Shown one piece after another: positions 63,616 through 64,000 of a stretch of DNA of 64,000 nucleotides. The notes below the pieces were generated by a model. The model did not search any database and was not told the DNA's origin. It saw nothing but the letters and a program-made list of their open reading frames with translations. Location: positions 64 to 64,063 of IMG/VR virus record IMGVR_UViG_3300043598_000016; one strand, 5' to 3'. Origin of the DNA: a virus (Duplodnaviria; Caudoviricetes). Both the position numbers and the translations under genes were made by a program. Positions within the stretch are counted from its first letter, which is position 1. Every line of letters begins with the position of its first letter.

Positions 63616-63990
63616 TTAGAGATGGCTGGCCCTATTCCAGCTGAACCAATGCCTATTCCCGCCGGACGCTACTATTCTGGTCTCCATTATCCGGCGTTCC
63701 TTGATGCAGAACCGGTCCGGGTCCAGCCCCCACCGGTCAGCATCCCACTCGGTGGCCCGCAGCAGCACGTCCACCAGCCGGTCCAGGTGCTCGTCCAGCT
63801 GGGCCGGCGTGGCCCCCAAGTTGATCAACCGTCTGAGCTGGTCAGCGAACTGGGTCACGGTCTCTGGGTGGCACCCCATGGCATCCCCCCGGCGTTTCCG
63901 CTGGTCAAAGGCTTGTGGCTGATCACTCGGCGCTGAGCCGGCCGGTTTCCGTGATTTTTTACTGGGTGTTCTTGAAGTCGCCGCACCCAC
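63616..63990 (-). CDS. hypothetical protein upstream of terS
   Basis: 124-aa ORF; probable start at MGCHP; the 3' part runs through an AT-rich repeat region. Confidence 0.4.
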   Translation of the reverse strand: MGAATSRTPSKKSRKPAGSAPSDQPQAFDQRKRRGDAMGCHPETVTQFADQLRRLINLGATPAQLDEHLDRLVDVLLRATEWDADRWGLDPDRFCIKERRIMETRIVASGGNRHWFSWNRASHL

Positions 63991-64000
63991 GAACGCCCTT

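Overview
The window is a near-complete genome of a high-GC siphovirus-like tailed phage, most likely of an actinomycete (host inferred from gene families and GC content only). It has three blocks. (1) A minus-strand virion and lysis arm (~63.5 kb down to 32.3 kb): terS, terL, portal, minor head protein, scaffold, decoration, major capsid, head-tail genes, major tail, frameshifted tail chaperones, tape measure, tail tip genes, a class F sortase with an adjacent APETG substrate, thermonuclease, endolysin, holin, then a second fibre/receptor-binding block. (2) A plus-strand accessory arm (13.7-31.9 kb) of many small coupled genes, including a C5 methyltransferase, GntR-type HTH, lipoprotein, HTH-alkyltransferase-like fusion and, unexpectedly, a second intact large terminase with a small-terminase-like HTH gene but no portal. 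(3) A minus-strand replication arm (13.5 kb down to 0.05 kb): PAPS-reductase-like protein, Cas4-like nuclease, SSB, SNF2 helicase, HNH, RuvC-like resolvase, a 1635-aa primase-helicase-PolA fusion and a terminal HNH. I saw no integrase, repressor, tRNA or CRISPR array. The strongest candidates for undescribed biology are the orphan second terminase operon, the phage-borne sortase/substrate pair and a recurring start-associated motif, GCCCCGACCA. All product calls come from motif recognition by eye and synteny, not database searches. Several starts were adjusted from the ORF track using RBS and stop/start overlaps.
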